A DNA stretch of 64,000 nt from an uncultured Chloroflexia bacterium (GTDB lineage: Bacteria; Chloroflexota; Limnocylindria; Limnocylindrales; CSP1-4), in assembly GCA_963707215.1 (NCBI GenBank), contig CAVPPB010000003.1, positions 256,001 through 320,000 on the forward strand, in the 5' to 3' direction. Shown here one piece after another: positions 27,927-37,959 of the stretch (within the stretch, counting starts at the first letter, position 1; the number at the start of each line of letters is the position of its first letter). The position numbers and the translations under genes are program-made. Under the pieces are notes generated by a model. It was given only the letters and a program-made list of their open reading frames with translations, did no database searches and had not been told where the DNA came from.

Positions 27927-28439
27927 ATGAGCAGACCGATCCTCGCCGACGCCTTCGGCCACCACGTCTGGGCCACCCTCCGGGTCATCGACGCCTGCCT
28001 CCCGCTCACGCCGGAGCAGCTGGCCAGCCAGGTCCAAGGCACCTACGGCTCCATCCTCGACACGCTGCGTCATCTCGTGGGCGCCGACTGCTCGTACCTC
28101 GAGCTGCTGTCCGGTGGCACGATCACGGCCATCGACGAGGAGGCGATGGACCTGCCGGCGCTCCGGGCGGCGATGGCGGCGAACGGCCCGGTCTGGGCCG
28201 ACGTCGTCGCGGGCGACCTGGACCCCGACGTCGTCGTGGTGCGTCACCGCGACGACGGTTCGGAGAGCCACGCCCCGCTGGGGATCCGGCTCGCCCAGGT
28301 CGTCCACCACGGCACCGACCATCGCAGCCAGGTCTGCACGGCCCTGACGAACCTCGGGATCACCCCGCCCGAGATCGACGCCTGGGACTTCGCCTGGTCC
28401 GAGGACCGGCTGGTCGAGGTGCCGGCGCCCGAGGCCTGA
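27927..28439 (+). CDS. DinB/YfiT family protein
   Basis: HHVWAT, SILDTLRHL, HGTDHRSQV metal-binding His pattern. Confidence 0.85.
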   Translation: MSRPILADAFGHHVWATLRVIDACLPLTPEQLASQVQGTYGSILDTLRHLVGADCSYLELLSGGTITAIDEEAMDLPALRAAMAANGPVWADVVAGDLDPDVVVVRHRDDGSESHAPLGIRLAQVVHHGTDHRSQVCTALTNLGITPPEIDAWDFAWSEDRLVEVPAPEA

Positions 28440-28466
28440 GCGCTCGACGGCCGAGGCCGTCCGCGC

Positions 28467-29660
28467 TCACCCGGCCCAGGCCACCCGCCAGACCCGCCAG
28501 AGCGCGGCGGGGTCCGACAGCGGGTCGCCGTGGACGAGCAGGAAGTCGGGTGGGCCGCCCTCGCGGATGACACCGGCCTCGGGCTCGCCGAGGACCTCGC
28601 CGCCGCGCCAGGTCGCCGACGCCAGGGCCTCGAACGGCGCCAGCCCGGCGGCGACGAGGCATTCGACCTCCCAGGCCAGCTGGTTGGCCCGCGTCGAGCC
28701 ACCGCCGAAATCGGTCCCGGTCGCGATCGTCACCCCTGCCGCTTGAGCCAGCCGGACGCTGTCGGCCGCCCGCTCCTCGCGGGCCTTGGTCATCGCCCGC
28801 CGATCGGGATGGACGAACCGCTCGATCGTCGTCGTCCGCCCGAAGCTCGCCCACGACCGGAAGATCGCCAGCGTCGACACGAGCGCCGTGCCCTGGAGCG
28901 CCATCCGTTGGGCCAAATCCTCGTCGAGCTCCATCCCGTGCTCGAGCGCATCGGCCCGGGCGCTCACCGCGACCCGCGCGCCGCCCAGGTTCGTCGAGTG
29001 GGCGGTCACCCGGGCGCCGCGGGCGTGGGCCATGGAGACCACGGGCGCGACCTCGTCGACCGACCACGGCGAGACGCCCCGCTCCGGGCCGTCCATGTAC
29101 AGCTTGAGCAGGTCGGCGCCCTCGTCGAGCTGGACCGAGGCGAACGCCAGCAGCTCGTCGGCGGTCTCTGCCTCGACCGACCGTTCGCCGGGCATCGTCC
29201 CGGCCCGGTCCAGCCAGGTCCCGGCGGCCCGGACGTAGGGGATGCCGGCCCTGCCCCGCCAACGATCGCGGAGCCCGAGGCTCAGGGCTCGGACCCGGCC
29301 GTCGACCGGGTCGGCGACCCGCGGCGCCCCGACGTCCCGGGCCCAGCGGACGCCGGCCGAGGTCATGAGCCGGGCGTTGTGCTCGGCGACCTCGAGGAGC
29401 CGCTCCACCGGGTCGTCGATCCGCTCGATCCAGTGGGCGCCGCCGGGCAGGGTCAGGTGGCTGTGGCAGTCCACCATCCCGGGCACGATCGTCGTCCCGC
29501 TGGCATCGACGACCTCGGCGCCGGCAGGGACCTCGCCCTCGTCGTCGCTCGGCCGGATCCAGGCGATCGATCCGTCGCGGACCAGGATGCTGACGCCGAT
29601 CCGAAGCGCCTCGGAGCGGCCGTCGGCGAGCGCGCCGTCGCGGTACAGGGTGGCGGTCAC
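28467..29660 (-). CDS. Amidohydrolase family protein
   Basis: PGMVDCHSH, VTAHS, LEHG, GTDFG motifs. Confidence 0.85.
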   Translation of the reverse strand: MTATLYRDGALADGRSEALRIGVSILVRDGSIAWIRPSDDEGEVPAGAEVVDASGTTIVPGMVDCHSHLTLPGGAHWIERIDDPVERLLEVAEHNARLMTSAGVRWARDVGAPRVADPVDGRVRALSLGLRDRWRGRAGIPYVRAAGTWLDRAGTMPGERSVEAETADELLAFASVQLDEGADLLKLYMDGPERGVSPWSVDEVAPVVSMAHARGARVTAHSTNLGGARVAVSARADALEHGMELDEDLAQRMALQGTALVSTLAIFRSWASFGRTTTIERFVHPDRRAMTKAREERAADSVRLAQAAGVTIATGTDFGGGSTRANQLAWEVECLVAAGLAPFEALASATWRGGEVLGEPEAGVIREGGPPDFLLVHGDPLSDPAALWRVWRVAWAG

Positions 29661-29667
29661 GACGCCC

Positions 29668-30570
29668 TCAGTAGACCTGGGGGATGAAGGTCTGGTCGGT
29701 CATCGGCGGGCGGACGTAGCCGCGGTCCGATTGGCGCTCGGGGAGCACGATCTCGTCCGGCGTCAGGTCCTCGAAGGGGATGAGGCCGAGCAGGTGGGCG
29801 ATGACGTTGAGGCGGGCCCGTCGCTTGTCGTCCGACGGGACCACGTACCAGGGAGCCTGGCGGATGTCCGTGTGGGCGAACATCTCGTCCTTGGCCTTCG
29901 AGTAGTCGACCCAGCGCGAGCGCGAGGCCAGGTCCATCGGCGACAGCTTCCAGCGCTTGGTCCGGTCGGTGATGCGCTGCTGAAACCGGCGCTCCTGCTC
30001 CTCGTCGGAGACGCTGAACCAGTACTTGACGAGGATGATCCCGCTCCGCACGAGCATCCGCTCGAACTCCGGGCACGAGCGCAGGAACTCCTGGTACTCG
30101 TCCTCGGTGCAGAAGCCCATGACCCGCTCGACGCCGGCCCGGTTGTACCAGCTGCGGTCGAAGATGACGAACTCACCGCCCGCCGGCAGGTGGGCCACGT
30201 AGCGCTGGAAGTACCACTGGGTGCGCTCCCGCTCGGTGGGAGCAGGCAGGGCGACCGTCCTCGCGTAGCGCGGGTTCATCGGCTCGAGGATCCGCTTGAT
30301 CGAGCCTCCCTTGCCGGCCGCGTCACGCCCCTCGGCGACCACGACGACCTTCAGCCCCTCCTGGCGGATCCACTCCTGCCACTTGACCAGCTCCACGTGG
30401 AGCTTGGCCAGCTCGGACTCGTACGTCTTGCGGTCGAGCCGCTCGCGCGGCGGCTGCGGGACGCCCGGCTCGGCCGTGCCGCCGCGCATCGCCGTGGCCG
30501 GGATCCGCAGCTTCGAGCGCTCCGGCCCCTGGTTCCATCCCCTGCGAGGTTCGCTGGTTTTGGGCATCAT
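29668..30570 (-). CDS. ppk2: Polyphosphate kinase 2
   Basis: EGRDAAGKGG, QWYFQRY, FDRSWYNRAGVERVMGF, WKLSPMD. Confidence 0.95.
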   Translation of the reverse strand: MMPKTSEPRRGWNQGPERSKLRIPATAMRGGTAEPGVPQPPRERLDRKTYESELAKLHVELVKWQEWIRQEGLKVVVVAEGRDAAGKGGSIKRILEPMNPRYARTVALPAPTERERTQWYFQRYVAHLPAGGEFVIFDRSWYNRAGVERVMGFCTEDEYQEFLRSCPEFERMLVRSGIILVKYWFSVSDEEQERRFQQRITDRTKRWKLSPMDLASRSRWVDYSKAKDEMFAHTDIRQAPWYVVPSDDKRRARLNVIAHLLGLIPFEDLTPDEIVLPERQSDRGYVRPPMTDQTFIPQVY

Positions 30571-30701
30571 CGTCCTCCTCGACCCGTCCGGACTCTACCC
30601 CCGCCGGGTTCTGGCCGTATCACCCGTCCGGCGCCGGGCGGTGGGCCCTTCGGCCCGTCCGTCCCCTCTCGCACCGCCGGCCCGACCACACGGAGCTGCT
30701 G

Positions 30702-31160
30702 ATGACCTCCCGATCCAGATCCATGCGCCTCGCCGCCGCCGCGTCGCTGCTCGCCGTGGCGCTCGCCGCCTGCGGCACGGGCACGGCCTCACCCGCGACC
30801 GCCGGTTCGGACGCCTCCGCGCCAGCTTCGGGTGCCCCCGCCACGCTGCCCCTTGAAGTCAACGTGGCCACGGCCGCCTCGCTCCGTGACGCCGGCGCCT
30901 TCATGCTCGACGTCCGTGAGCCCGACGAGTGGGCCGCCGGCCACATCCCCGGCGCGACGCTCATCCCGCTCGGCCAGCTGGCGTCGCGCGTCGCCGAGGT
31001 CCCCGCCGATCGCGACGTCGTCGTCGTCTGCCGGTCCGGCAACCGGTCGGCCTCGGGCCGCGACATCCTGCTCGATGCGGGGCTCGCGAGCGTCACCAGC
31101 ATGGGCGGCGGCATGAACGACTGGGCCGCCGCCGGGCTACCGACCGAGACCGGCTCCTAG
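30702..31160 (+). CDS. Rhodanese-domain lipoprotein
   Basis: Signal peptide with LAAC lipobox; DVREPDEW..GHIPGA; active-site CRSGNRS. Confidence 0.85.
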   Translation: MTSRSRSMRLAAAASLLAVALAACGTGTASPATAGSDASAPASGAPATLPLEVNVATAASLRDAGAFMLDVREPDEWAAGHIPGATLIPLGQLASRVAEVPADRDVVVVCRSGNRSASGRDILLDAGLASVTSMGGGMNDWAAAGLPTETGS

Positions 31161-31200
31161 GCCGAGGAGGCCTCCCTGGCCCATCCGCCACGCCTGCCGG

Positions 31201-31614
31201 TCACGGCTCGAGGTCGAACGCCCGCTCGCCCTTCGGGCGGAGCACCGCCAGCGGCCTTCGGTCGAAGGTCCCGATGCGACGCACGCCGAGACGTTCCGCC
31301 GTCGCCACGAGGACCGCGTCGGCCAGCCTCGTCCGCTGGTCCGCCGCCCCGGCCATCAGCTCGGTCGCCCGCACGAGATCGGCCGCGGTCGGCGCGGCAA
31401 GGCCGACCGACCCGTCGGCGATCGCATCGATGAGCGCCGCGACGGCCGTCGGGCCGAGTCCCCGCTGGAGGAGGTGGTCGGCATCGACCAGGGTCAGGGT
31501 GCCGACGAGCAGCGGCTCGTCGACCCGCCCCAGCCAGGCCACCGCGGCCCGGTGATTGAGGTCCGACACGTCGGCGGCAGCCACGATCAGGCTGGCATCC
31601 AGGAGGGCCGTCAT
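31201..31614 (-). CDS. vapC: PIN-domain (VapC) toxin
   Basis: MTALLDAS..., LADAVLVATAERLG...TFDRR; ATGA overlap with the antitoxin. Confidence 0.85.
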   Translation of the reverse strand: MTALLDASLIVAAADVSDLNHRAAVAWLGRVDEPLLVGTLTLVDADHLLQRGLGPTAVAALIDAIADGSVGLAAPTAADLVRATELMAGAADQRTRLADAVLVATAERLGVRRIGTFDRRPLAVLRPKGERAFDLEP

Positions 31615-31865
31615 CCGGGCCTGTCCGGGCGCCGACCGGCCTCGCGGCGGATGATCGATCGGCCATCGAGCGACAGGCGGCCGTGGCCGCTCTGGCCCAC
31701 CGCGACGAACGGCAGGGCCGGCGCCTCGGCCTCCGACTCGGCCAGATAGGCCTCCAGAGCGGCCGTGATGACGGCCGTCTTGGTCCGCCGCGTCCGTCGT
31801 GCCAGGCGATCGACGCGGTCCAGGAGATCCGGGTCGGCGAGGATCGTCGTCCGCCGATGAGTCAT
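31611..31865 (-). CDS. vapB: Ribbon-helix-helix (CopG-like) antitoxin
   Basis: RRTTILAD..LLDRVDRLARR...KTAVITAALEAYL; lies directly upstream of the PIN gene. Confidence 0.8.
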   Translation of the reverse strand: MTHRRTTILADPDLLDRVDRLARRTRRTKTAVITAALEAYLAESEAEAPALPFVAVGQSGHGRLSLDGRSIIRREAGRRPDRPG

Positions 31866-31985
31866 ATGCGGTCATATATACCACGCTGGCCGGGGAGACC
31901 CGCCCTCCCGTACCATCGGGCCGCCGGCGTGGTCACCCGACCGCCCATCCCCGAGCCGGCACCAGCAGCAACGTCGGAGATCGCC

Positions 31986-33173
31986 GTGCAGCGTTTCGAG
32001 ACCAACCTCCGCGTCCCCGGGCCGACGAGTCTGCCCACCGAGGTCCAGGTGGCCGGTGGACGCCAGATGATCAACCACCGGGGCCCCGAGTTCGCGGGCA
32101 TGCTGGAGCGGATCGTCGCCGGATTGCAGGTCTTCTTCGGTACCCGGAACGACGTCGAGTTGCTCACCTGCGCCGGAACCGGCGGCCTGGAGGCAGCGGT
32201 CGTCAACACGCTCTCGCCCGGCGATGCGGTCCTGTCGATCTCGGTCGGCGTCTTCGGGGATCGCTTCGCCAAGATCGCCTCGGCCTACGGCGCCGAGGTC
32301 ACCAAGCCGGACGTCGAGTGGGGACGGGCGGCAGCGCCCGAGCTCGTCGCGGACGCTCTTCGAGCCGCGCCGCCCGGCGGCTACCGGGCGATCCTGCTGA
32401 CCCACAACGAGACGTCCACCGGCGTCACCAACCCGATCGCCGAGCTGACGGCAGTGGCTCGCGAGCTCGCCCCGGAGACGCTCATCCTCGTCGACGGTGT
32501 CTCGGGGCTCGGCGCCCTCCCGTTCGAGCAGGATGCCTGGGGCATCGACCTGGTCGTCTCCGGCTCGCAGAAGGCGTGGATGGCAGCCCCGGGGATGGCT
32601 TTCGCCAGCGTCTCGGAGCGTGGCTGGGAAGCGGCCGAGACCGCCCGGATGCCGCGGGTCTATCTGGACCTCCGCGACCATCGCAAGAGCGCGGCCTCCG
32701 GCCAGACGCCGTGGACGCCGGCCGTCGCCGTCATGTACCAGCTCGACGTCGCCCTGGCGATGATGCAGGCGGAGGGTCGCGAGGCCCTTTTCGCCCGCCA
32801 CGCGGCCTGCGCGGCGGCGACCCGGGCGGGCCTGACCGCCCTCGGGTTCGACCTGCTTGCCGATCCGGCCCACGCCTCGGACACGGTCACCGCGGCCTGG
32901 GTGCCCGAGGGGATCGACTGGAAGGCCTTCAACGCCGACCTGCAGCGCCGCCGCCTCGTCGTGGCCGGTGGCCAGGGCAAGCTGAAGGGCCGCATCTTCC
33001 GGATCGGCCACCTTGGCCACGTGACCCTCGATGACATCCTGGCCGCCATCGGGGTGATCGAGGAGGTCGCGCTCATCCACGGCCTCGATGTGACGCCGGG
33101 ATCGGGCCTCGCTGCGGCCCAGCAGGCCGGCCTCCGGGTCGCGGCCGCCACGACCGCCGGCGTGCCGGCATGA
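31986..33173 (+). CDS. Class V PLP aminotransferase (alanine-glyoxylate/serine-pyruvate family; probable phosphoserine aminotransferase)
   Basis: PGPT, INHRGPEF, HNETSTGV, VDGVS, GSQKAW, FRIGHLG; GGAGA RBS before the GTG at 31986. Confidence 0.88.
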   Translation: MQRFETNLRVPGPTSLPTEVQVAGGRQMINHRGPEFAGMLERIVAGLQVFFGTRNDVELLTCAGTGGLEAAVVNTLSPGDAVLSISVGVFGDRFAKIASAYGAEVTKPDVEWGRAAAPELVADALRAAPPGGYRAILLTHNETSTGVTNPIAELTAVARELAPETLILVDGVSGLGALPFEQDAWGIDLVVSGSQKAWMAAPGMAFASVSERGWEAAETARMPRVYLDLRDHRKSAASGQTPWTPAVAVMYQLDVALAMMQAEGREALFARHAACAAATRAGLTALGFDLLADPAHASDTVTAAWVPEGIDWKAFNADLQRRRLVVAGGQGKLKGRIFRIGHLGHVTLDDILAAIGVIEEVALIHGLDVTPGSGLAAAQQAGLRVAAATTAGVPA

Positions 33174-34753
33174 GGATCCTGGTCGCCGAGCCGGTCGCGG
33201 CCGAGGGCGTCGAGGCGCTTCGCGCCGAGCACGAGGTCGATGTCCGGACCGGCCTCGCGCCCGGGGAGCTCCGAGCCATCATCGGCGAGTACGACGCCCT
33301 CGTCGTCCGCAGCCAGGTCAAGGTCGACGCCGACCTCATCGCGGCCGGCAGCCGGCTGGGCGTCATCGGGCGGGCCGGCGTCGGGGTCGACAACGTCGAC
33401 ATCGAGGCCGCCACCCGGGCCGGCATCACCGTCGTCAACGCTCCCACCGGCAACACGATCGCCGCCGCCGAGCACACGATCGCCCTGCTCTTCGCCGTCG
33501 CCCGCCGGATCGCGCCCGCCGATGCGTCGGTGCGGGCCGGCGAGTGGCAGCGCAGCCGCTTCACCGGCGTGGAGCTACGAGGCAAGACGATCGGGATCGT
33601 GGGGCTGGGCAAGATCGGGCAGGCCATCGCGTCCAGGGCGCGGGCCATGGAGATGGTCGTCGTGGGCCACGACCCGTACGTCACGGCCGAGCAGGCGGCC
33701 AACCACGGCATCGAGGCCGTGCCCCTCGACACCCTGCTGGAGCGCTCCGACGTGGTGACCGTCCACGTCCCGATGAGCCGGGCCACCCGGGGCCTCATCG
33801 GGGAGGCGGCCATCGCCCGGATGAAGCCCGAGGCGATCGTCCTCAACGTGGCCCGCGGCGGTATCGTCGACGAGGCGGCAGTGGCGCGGGCGCTCACCGA
33901 GGGCCGCCTGGGAGGGGCCGGCATCGACGTCTACGAGCAGGAGCCGCCCACCGGCTCGCCGCTGCTCGAGGCCCCGAACACGGTCCTGACCCCGCACCTC
34001 GGCGCCTCCACCGCGGAGGCCCAGGTCCTGGTCGCGACCGAGGTCGCCGACCAGATCCTCGATGTCCTCGACGGTCGACCGGCACGCTACGCCGTCAACG
34101 CCCCGCTGCTGACCCCGGAGACGGCCCAGGCCATCGCGCCGTACCTGCCGCTCGCCGAGGTCCTCGGCCGCTTCCACGCCCAGTTCGCCAGGACGGCGCC
34201 CGCGACCCTGACCCTCGAGGTCGCCGGTGACCCGGCCGCCTTCGACACGACGCCGCTGGCCGCGGCCGCGCTTCGGGGTCTCCTGGAGACGGTCACCACC
34301 GAGCGGGTGAACCAGGTCAATGCGGCGACGATCGCGAAGGCTCGCGGGATCACCCTGGTCGAGCGCAAGACGCCCGATGCCGGGGCCTACAGCGCGCTCC
34401 TCACGCTCAGCGGCGAGGTCGAGGGACGGACGGTGACGGTCGGAGGGACCGTCGTGGCCGGCGAGCCCCGGCTCGTCCTCCTCGACGGCTACCGCCTCGA
34501 CATGGCGCCCGCGGATTCGATGCTGATCAGCCGCCACCACGATCGGCCCGGGACGATCGGCCGCGTCGGCCGAGTCCTCGGTGAGGCCGACGTGAACATC
34601 AGCGCCATGCACCTGGCCCGCCAGGCGCCGCGCGAGGAGGCGCTGATGGTCCTTGCTCTCGACGACGAGGTCCCGGAGCACGTCGCCAGGGCGATCCAGG
34701 CCGACGAGGCCGTCCTCGACCTGTGGGTCATCCGGCTGGGCGGCGAGCGGTGA
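33170..34753 (+). CDS. serA: D-3-phosphoglycerate dehydrogenase with ACT domain
   Basis: GRAGVGVDNVD, NTIAAAEH, GLGKIG, TPHLGASTAEAQ, C-terminal DRPG..G.VG..LG...VNI. Confidence 0.95.
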   Translation: MRILVAEPVAAEGVEALRAEHEVDVRTGLAPGELRAIIGEYDALVVRSQVKVDADLIAAGSRLGVIGRAGVGVDNVDIEAATRAGITVVNAPTGNTIAAAEHTIALLFAVARRIAPADASVRAGEWQRSRFTGVELRGKTIGIVGLGKIGQAIASRARAMEMVVVGHDPYVTAEQAANHGIEAVPLDTLLERSDVVTVHVPMSRATRGLIGEAAIARMKPEAIVLNVARGGIVDEAAVARALTEGRLGGAGIDVYEQEPPTGSPLLEAPNTVLTPHLGASTAEAQVLVATEVADQILDVLDGRPARYAVNAPLLTPETAQAIAPYLPLAEVLGRFHAQFARTAPATLTLEVAGDPAAFDTTPLAAAALRGLLETVTTERVNQVNAATIAKARGITLVERKTPDAGAYSALLTLSGEVEGRTVTVGGTVVAGEPRLVLLDGYRLDMAPADSMLISRHHDRPGTIGRVGRVLGEADVNISAMHLARQAPREEALMVLALDDEVPEHVARAIQADEAVLDLWVIRLGGER

Positions 34754-35598
34754 GCGAGGCCGCGGCTCCGTCCGGGGAGCTCATCCCCGAGGGTCTCGAC
34801 GCCACCGTCGTCCTGGTCCGCCACGGCGAGTCGGAGTACATCGTCGAGGGCCGCTTCCAGGGCCGGGCCGAGACGCCGCTGTCATCGCTCGGGCTCCGCC
34901 AGGCCGAGCTGACCGGCGTCCGCCTCGCCCATCCGCGCCGCTCGCCGGCCCTGCCGGTGCCCGGCGGCCCACCGATGGAGGTCGCCCACTCGCCGCTCCG
35001 CCGGACGGCCCAGACCGCCGCGGCGGCGACCCTGGCGATGGCCGGGGAAGGGTCGTTCGGGGCGATGGTGCCCCTCCGGCCCGAAGCTGGCGTCATCGAG
35101 ATCGGCCAGGGCGCCTGGGAGGGCCTGCGCCACGACGAGATCAGCCGGCGCTACCCCGACGAGCTGGCCGGCTGGCGCAGGCGGCCGCTCGAGAGCTGGG
35201 CGCCCGGCGGCGAGCCACTGCGGGACGTGCAGGCCCGGGTCAGGCCGGCGCTGGCCGCGATCCTCGCCCGCCTCGCGGACGGACGGCCGGCCGGCACCCT
35301 CGACCGGTCACAGGTCGCCGGCTACCAGGGCACCGACGGACCCGGGGATCGCCCCTGGTCGGTCGTCGTCGGCCACGACGGCGTCTTCAAGGTGCTCCTG
35401 CTCACGCTGCTCGACCTGCCCCTGGAGCGGTTCTGGTCGTTCTCGTTCGGCCTCTGCGGCATCAGCGTCGTCGAGCTCCGTGGCGGGCGGCCGGTGCTGG
35501 TCGCCCTCAACCTCGTCGAGCACCTGGCCCCGCTCCGCGACGAGGAGGACCGGGCCGCCGAGGCGGCGGCCGAGCGGCAGCGCAGCGGCGCCCTCTAG
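34750..35598 (+). CDS. Histidine phosphatase family (probable phosphoserine phosphatase)
   Basis: LVRHGES, SPLRRT, EIGQGAWEG, GHDG; GTGA overlap with serA. Confidence 0.82.
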   Translation: MSEAAAPSGELIPEGLDATVVLVRHGESEYIVEGRFQGRAETPLSSLGLRQAELTGVRLAHPRRSPALPVPGGPPMEVAHSPLRRTAQTAAAATLAMAGEGSFGAMVPLRPEAGVIEIGQGAWEGLRHDEISRRYPDELAGWRRRPLESWAPGGEPLRDVQARVRPALAAILARLADGRPAGTLDRSQVAGYQGTDGPGDRPWSVVVGHDGVFKVLLLTLLDLPLERFWSFSFGLCGISVVELRGGRPVLVALNLVEHLAPLRDEEDRAAEAAAERQRSGAL

Positions 35599-35679
35599 TC
35601 GCCCCGGCGGCGTCGTCCGGCGGCGGCCGGCGGCGGCCGGCGGCGGCCCCTTCCCGACGCGAGCGCCAAGCCGGGCCGG

Positions 35680-37959
35680 CTAGCGGCGGCGTCCGGGACG
35701 TCGACCGCGGCGGAACAGCAGGCGGAGCAGGCCCACCCGGAGTCGCCCGGTGGCGGAACGGAGGGCCGTCAGGCGGTCGGCTCCCAGGACATGGCGGCCG
35801 TAGGCGACCTCTACCTTGGCCCGGGCCACCGTCTGGAGCTCGGGCTCCATCGCCGGCAGGGCCTCGCCCAGCGCGGTCGCGTACTCGTAGACGGTCTGGG
35901 TCGGTCGCGGGCCGAAGCCGAGGCGCCGGGCCAGCCGGGTCACCGAGCCCCAGGCGTCCTCGGCCGTCACGTCCTTCGGTCCACGCCGATACGAGACGAA
36001 CGCGGCCCAGGCCATGACGGCGCCCAGGACCACGGCGACCAGGATGAACGGACCGGGTCCCAGCGGGCCGCCGGCCGTGCCCCCTGGCGTCACGCCGCCG
36101 CCGGAGGGAGGCGCGAGCGACCGCTGGATCTCCCCGTCGTCGTCGTCGCCGCGCGGCGGCACCGGCGTCGGGGACGGGATGACGACCGGGGCCCCGCGGG
36201 GCAGGGACGGCAGCTCGGCGACCGGGCCGGTCGGGTCGAAGGGCACCCAGCCGTAGCCGGGGAAGTAGACCTCGACCCAGGCGTGGGCGTCGCTGAACCG
36301 GACGACCCGCGTCCCGTCCGCCGTCAGCTCGCCGGGCAGGAACCCCTGGGCCAGGCGGGCCGGGATCCCCTCGTGGCGGAGCAGGCCAGCCATCGTGGAG
36401 GCGTACCAGGTGCAGAAGCCCTGGCGGAAGTCGATGAAGCACTCGACGACGGAGGTGCCCTTGCAGTCGACCTCCGAGACGTCGGTCCGATAGAGGAATT
36501 CGCTCGACTTGAGGCGCCGCTCGAGGGCAAGCGCCAGGTCGTAGGGGGTTGCCCGGGCCAGCGTCGACTTGACCTCCTCGAGGAAGACCAGGCTGTTGGG
36601 GCCGAGGACATCCGGGGGCTGCTCCGTATAGCGGAGGACCTCCGGCGGGTACGACGTCCCGGCAGCCCGGAGCTTGTTCTCGGTGAGGGCCGCCTCCTCC
36701 TCGTCGCCGGTCGTCCGGACGAGCGCCGTGGCCGTATACCCGACCGGTCCCGCGTCGAGGGCGATCGAGCCGAGCCAGCCGCCCTCGCCGACCAGCCGGA
36801 TGGTGGTCGCCTCGTCTACCGACACCGGGTCGCTGGGGCTTAGCATCACCCGGTTCCGGTACTCGGCCAGGGGGACGACGGTGAACTCCACGCTCCGCCG
36901 GCCCTCGGCGGCCGGCTGGTCGAGGGTGCCCTCGAGCAGCGGGGCACCTGCGTCGCGGCGGCTCAGCGCCTCGTCGGACTGGAGCCAGCCCGTGCCGGTG
37001 AAGACGTCGTAGGTCGAGGCCCGCCAGTAGTACGGGGTCTCGTCGCCGGGCGGCACCCGGATGACCACCGCCTCCGTCCGATCCGAGAACCACGATGTGC
37101 CGATCTCGGCGCTCGGCCCGAAGTCGACCGAGGCCGGGCCGCGGACGTTCTGGACGAAGCTGAAGTAGCGCTGGAGGGTGCTCCCGACGTCGATCAGCCA
37201 TGGCTCGGCCCCGGCCCACAACCCCTGGAGCGGGGCGGAGCTGGCGACCTGCGTCAGGAGCAGGGCGCCGGCCACGGCGATCGCCGCGAAGACGGTCCCG
37301 CCCCGGTCGGTCAGGGCCTGGATCGGCCCGGGATCGCCGATCCGGCGGCGCATCCAGTCGAGCCGCTCATCGAAGGCGTGGAGGCGGACGAGGAGCAGGA
37401 GGGCGAGGAGGCTGGCCAGGACGAGGTAGACGAGCTGGTCGTGCCGGGTGAGGGAGACGCTGACCAGGAGCGGGATCCCGAGCGCCAGCAGGGCGGCGAC
37501 CGGGCGCCGATGGCCGAACGCCGCATAGCCCGCGAACATGCTGGTCGCCCAGAGGAAGAGGCCGAGGGTCAGCTGGAAGTGGCCGTACTGCTGGGTGGAC
37601 CCCCGCCCCAGGACGAGCAGGTCGCCGATGGCCGCTGCCGTCGAGTCGGCTGTCGCCCGGTACATCTCCATCAGCGACGCCGGCCCGTCGATGATGATCG
37701 AGCCGATGAGCGTCGGGACGACGAGGGCCGCCAGGACCGCCCCCACGAGGTAGGTCCGGAAGCGGCCGATGCCGAGCACGGCGCCGGTGACACCGACGAT
37801 GGCCCCGCCGAGGGCCGCCCACGGCAGGAAGTCCGTAAGCCCGTCCCTGCCCAGGATCCAGCGCGAGTCGTCGATCGTCCAGCCGACGAGGAGGGCCAGG
37901 AGGAGGAGCAGCGTGACGCTGATCCAGCCCTGCTCCGGGGAGAAGCGGGCGGTCCTCAC
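35680..37959 (-). CDS. Transglutaminase-like membrane protein (TgpA/DUF3488-DUF4129 type)
   Basis: Multiple N-terminal TM helices; GFCTWYAS, GIPARLAQGF, AHAWVEVYFPGYGWVPFDPT. Confidence 0.88.
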   Translation of the reverse strand: MRTARFSPEQGWISVTLLLLLALLVGWTIDDSRWILGRDGLTDFLPWAALGGAIVGVTGAVLGIGRFRTYLVGAVLAALVVPTLIGSIIIDGPASLMEMYRATADSTAAAIGDLLVLGRGSTQQYGHFQLTLGLFLWATSMFAGYAAFGHRRPVAALLALGIPLLVSVSLTRHDQLVYLVLASLLALLLLVRLHAFDERLDWMRRRIGDPGPIQALTDRGGTVFAAIAVAGALLLTQVASSAPLQGLWAGAEPWLIDVGSTLQRYFSFVQNVRGPASVDFGPSAEIGTSWFSDRTEAVVIRVPPGDETPYYWRASTYDVFTGTGWLQSDEALSRRDAGAPLLEGTLDQPAAEGRRSVEFTVVPLAEYRNRVMLSPSDPVSVDEATTIRLVGEGGWLGSIALDAGPVGYTATALVRTTGDEEEAALTENKLRAAGTSYPPEVLRYTEQPPDVLGPNSLVFLEEVKSTLARATPYDLALALERRLKSSEFLYRTDVSEVDCKGTSVVECFIDFRQGFCTWYASTMAGLLRHEGIPARLAQGFLPGELTADGTRVVRFSDAHAWVEVYFPGYGWVPFDPTGPVAELPSLPRGAPVVIPSPTPVPPRGDDDDGEIQRSLAPPSGGGVTPGGTAGGPLGPGPFILVAVVLGAVMAWAAFVSYRRGPKDVTAEDAWGSVTRLARRLGFGPRPTQTVYEYATALGEALPAMEPELQTVARAKVEVAYGRHVLGADRLTALRSATGRLRVGLLRLLFRRGRRPGRRR

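Noticed and set aside
35617-35648. (CCGGCGGCGG)x3 intergenic tandem repeat
   Set aside because: Short low-complexity GC repeat with no spacers; not CRISPR and no evident function.
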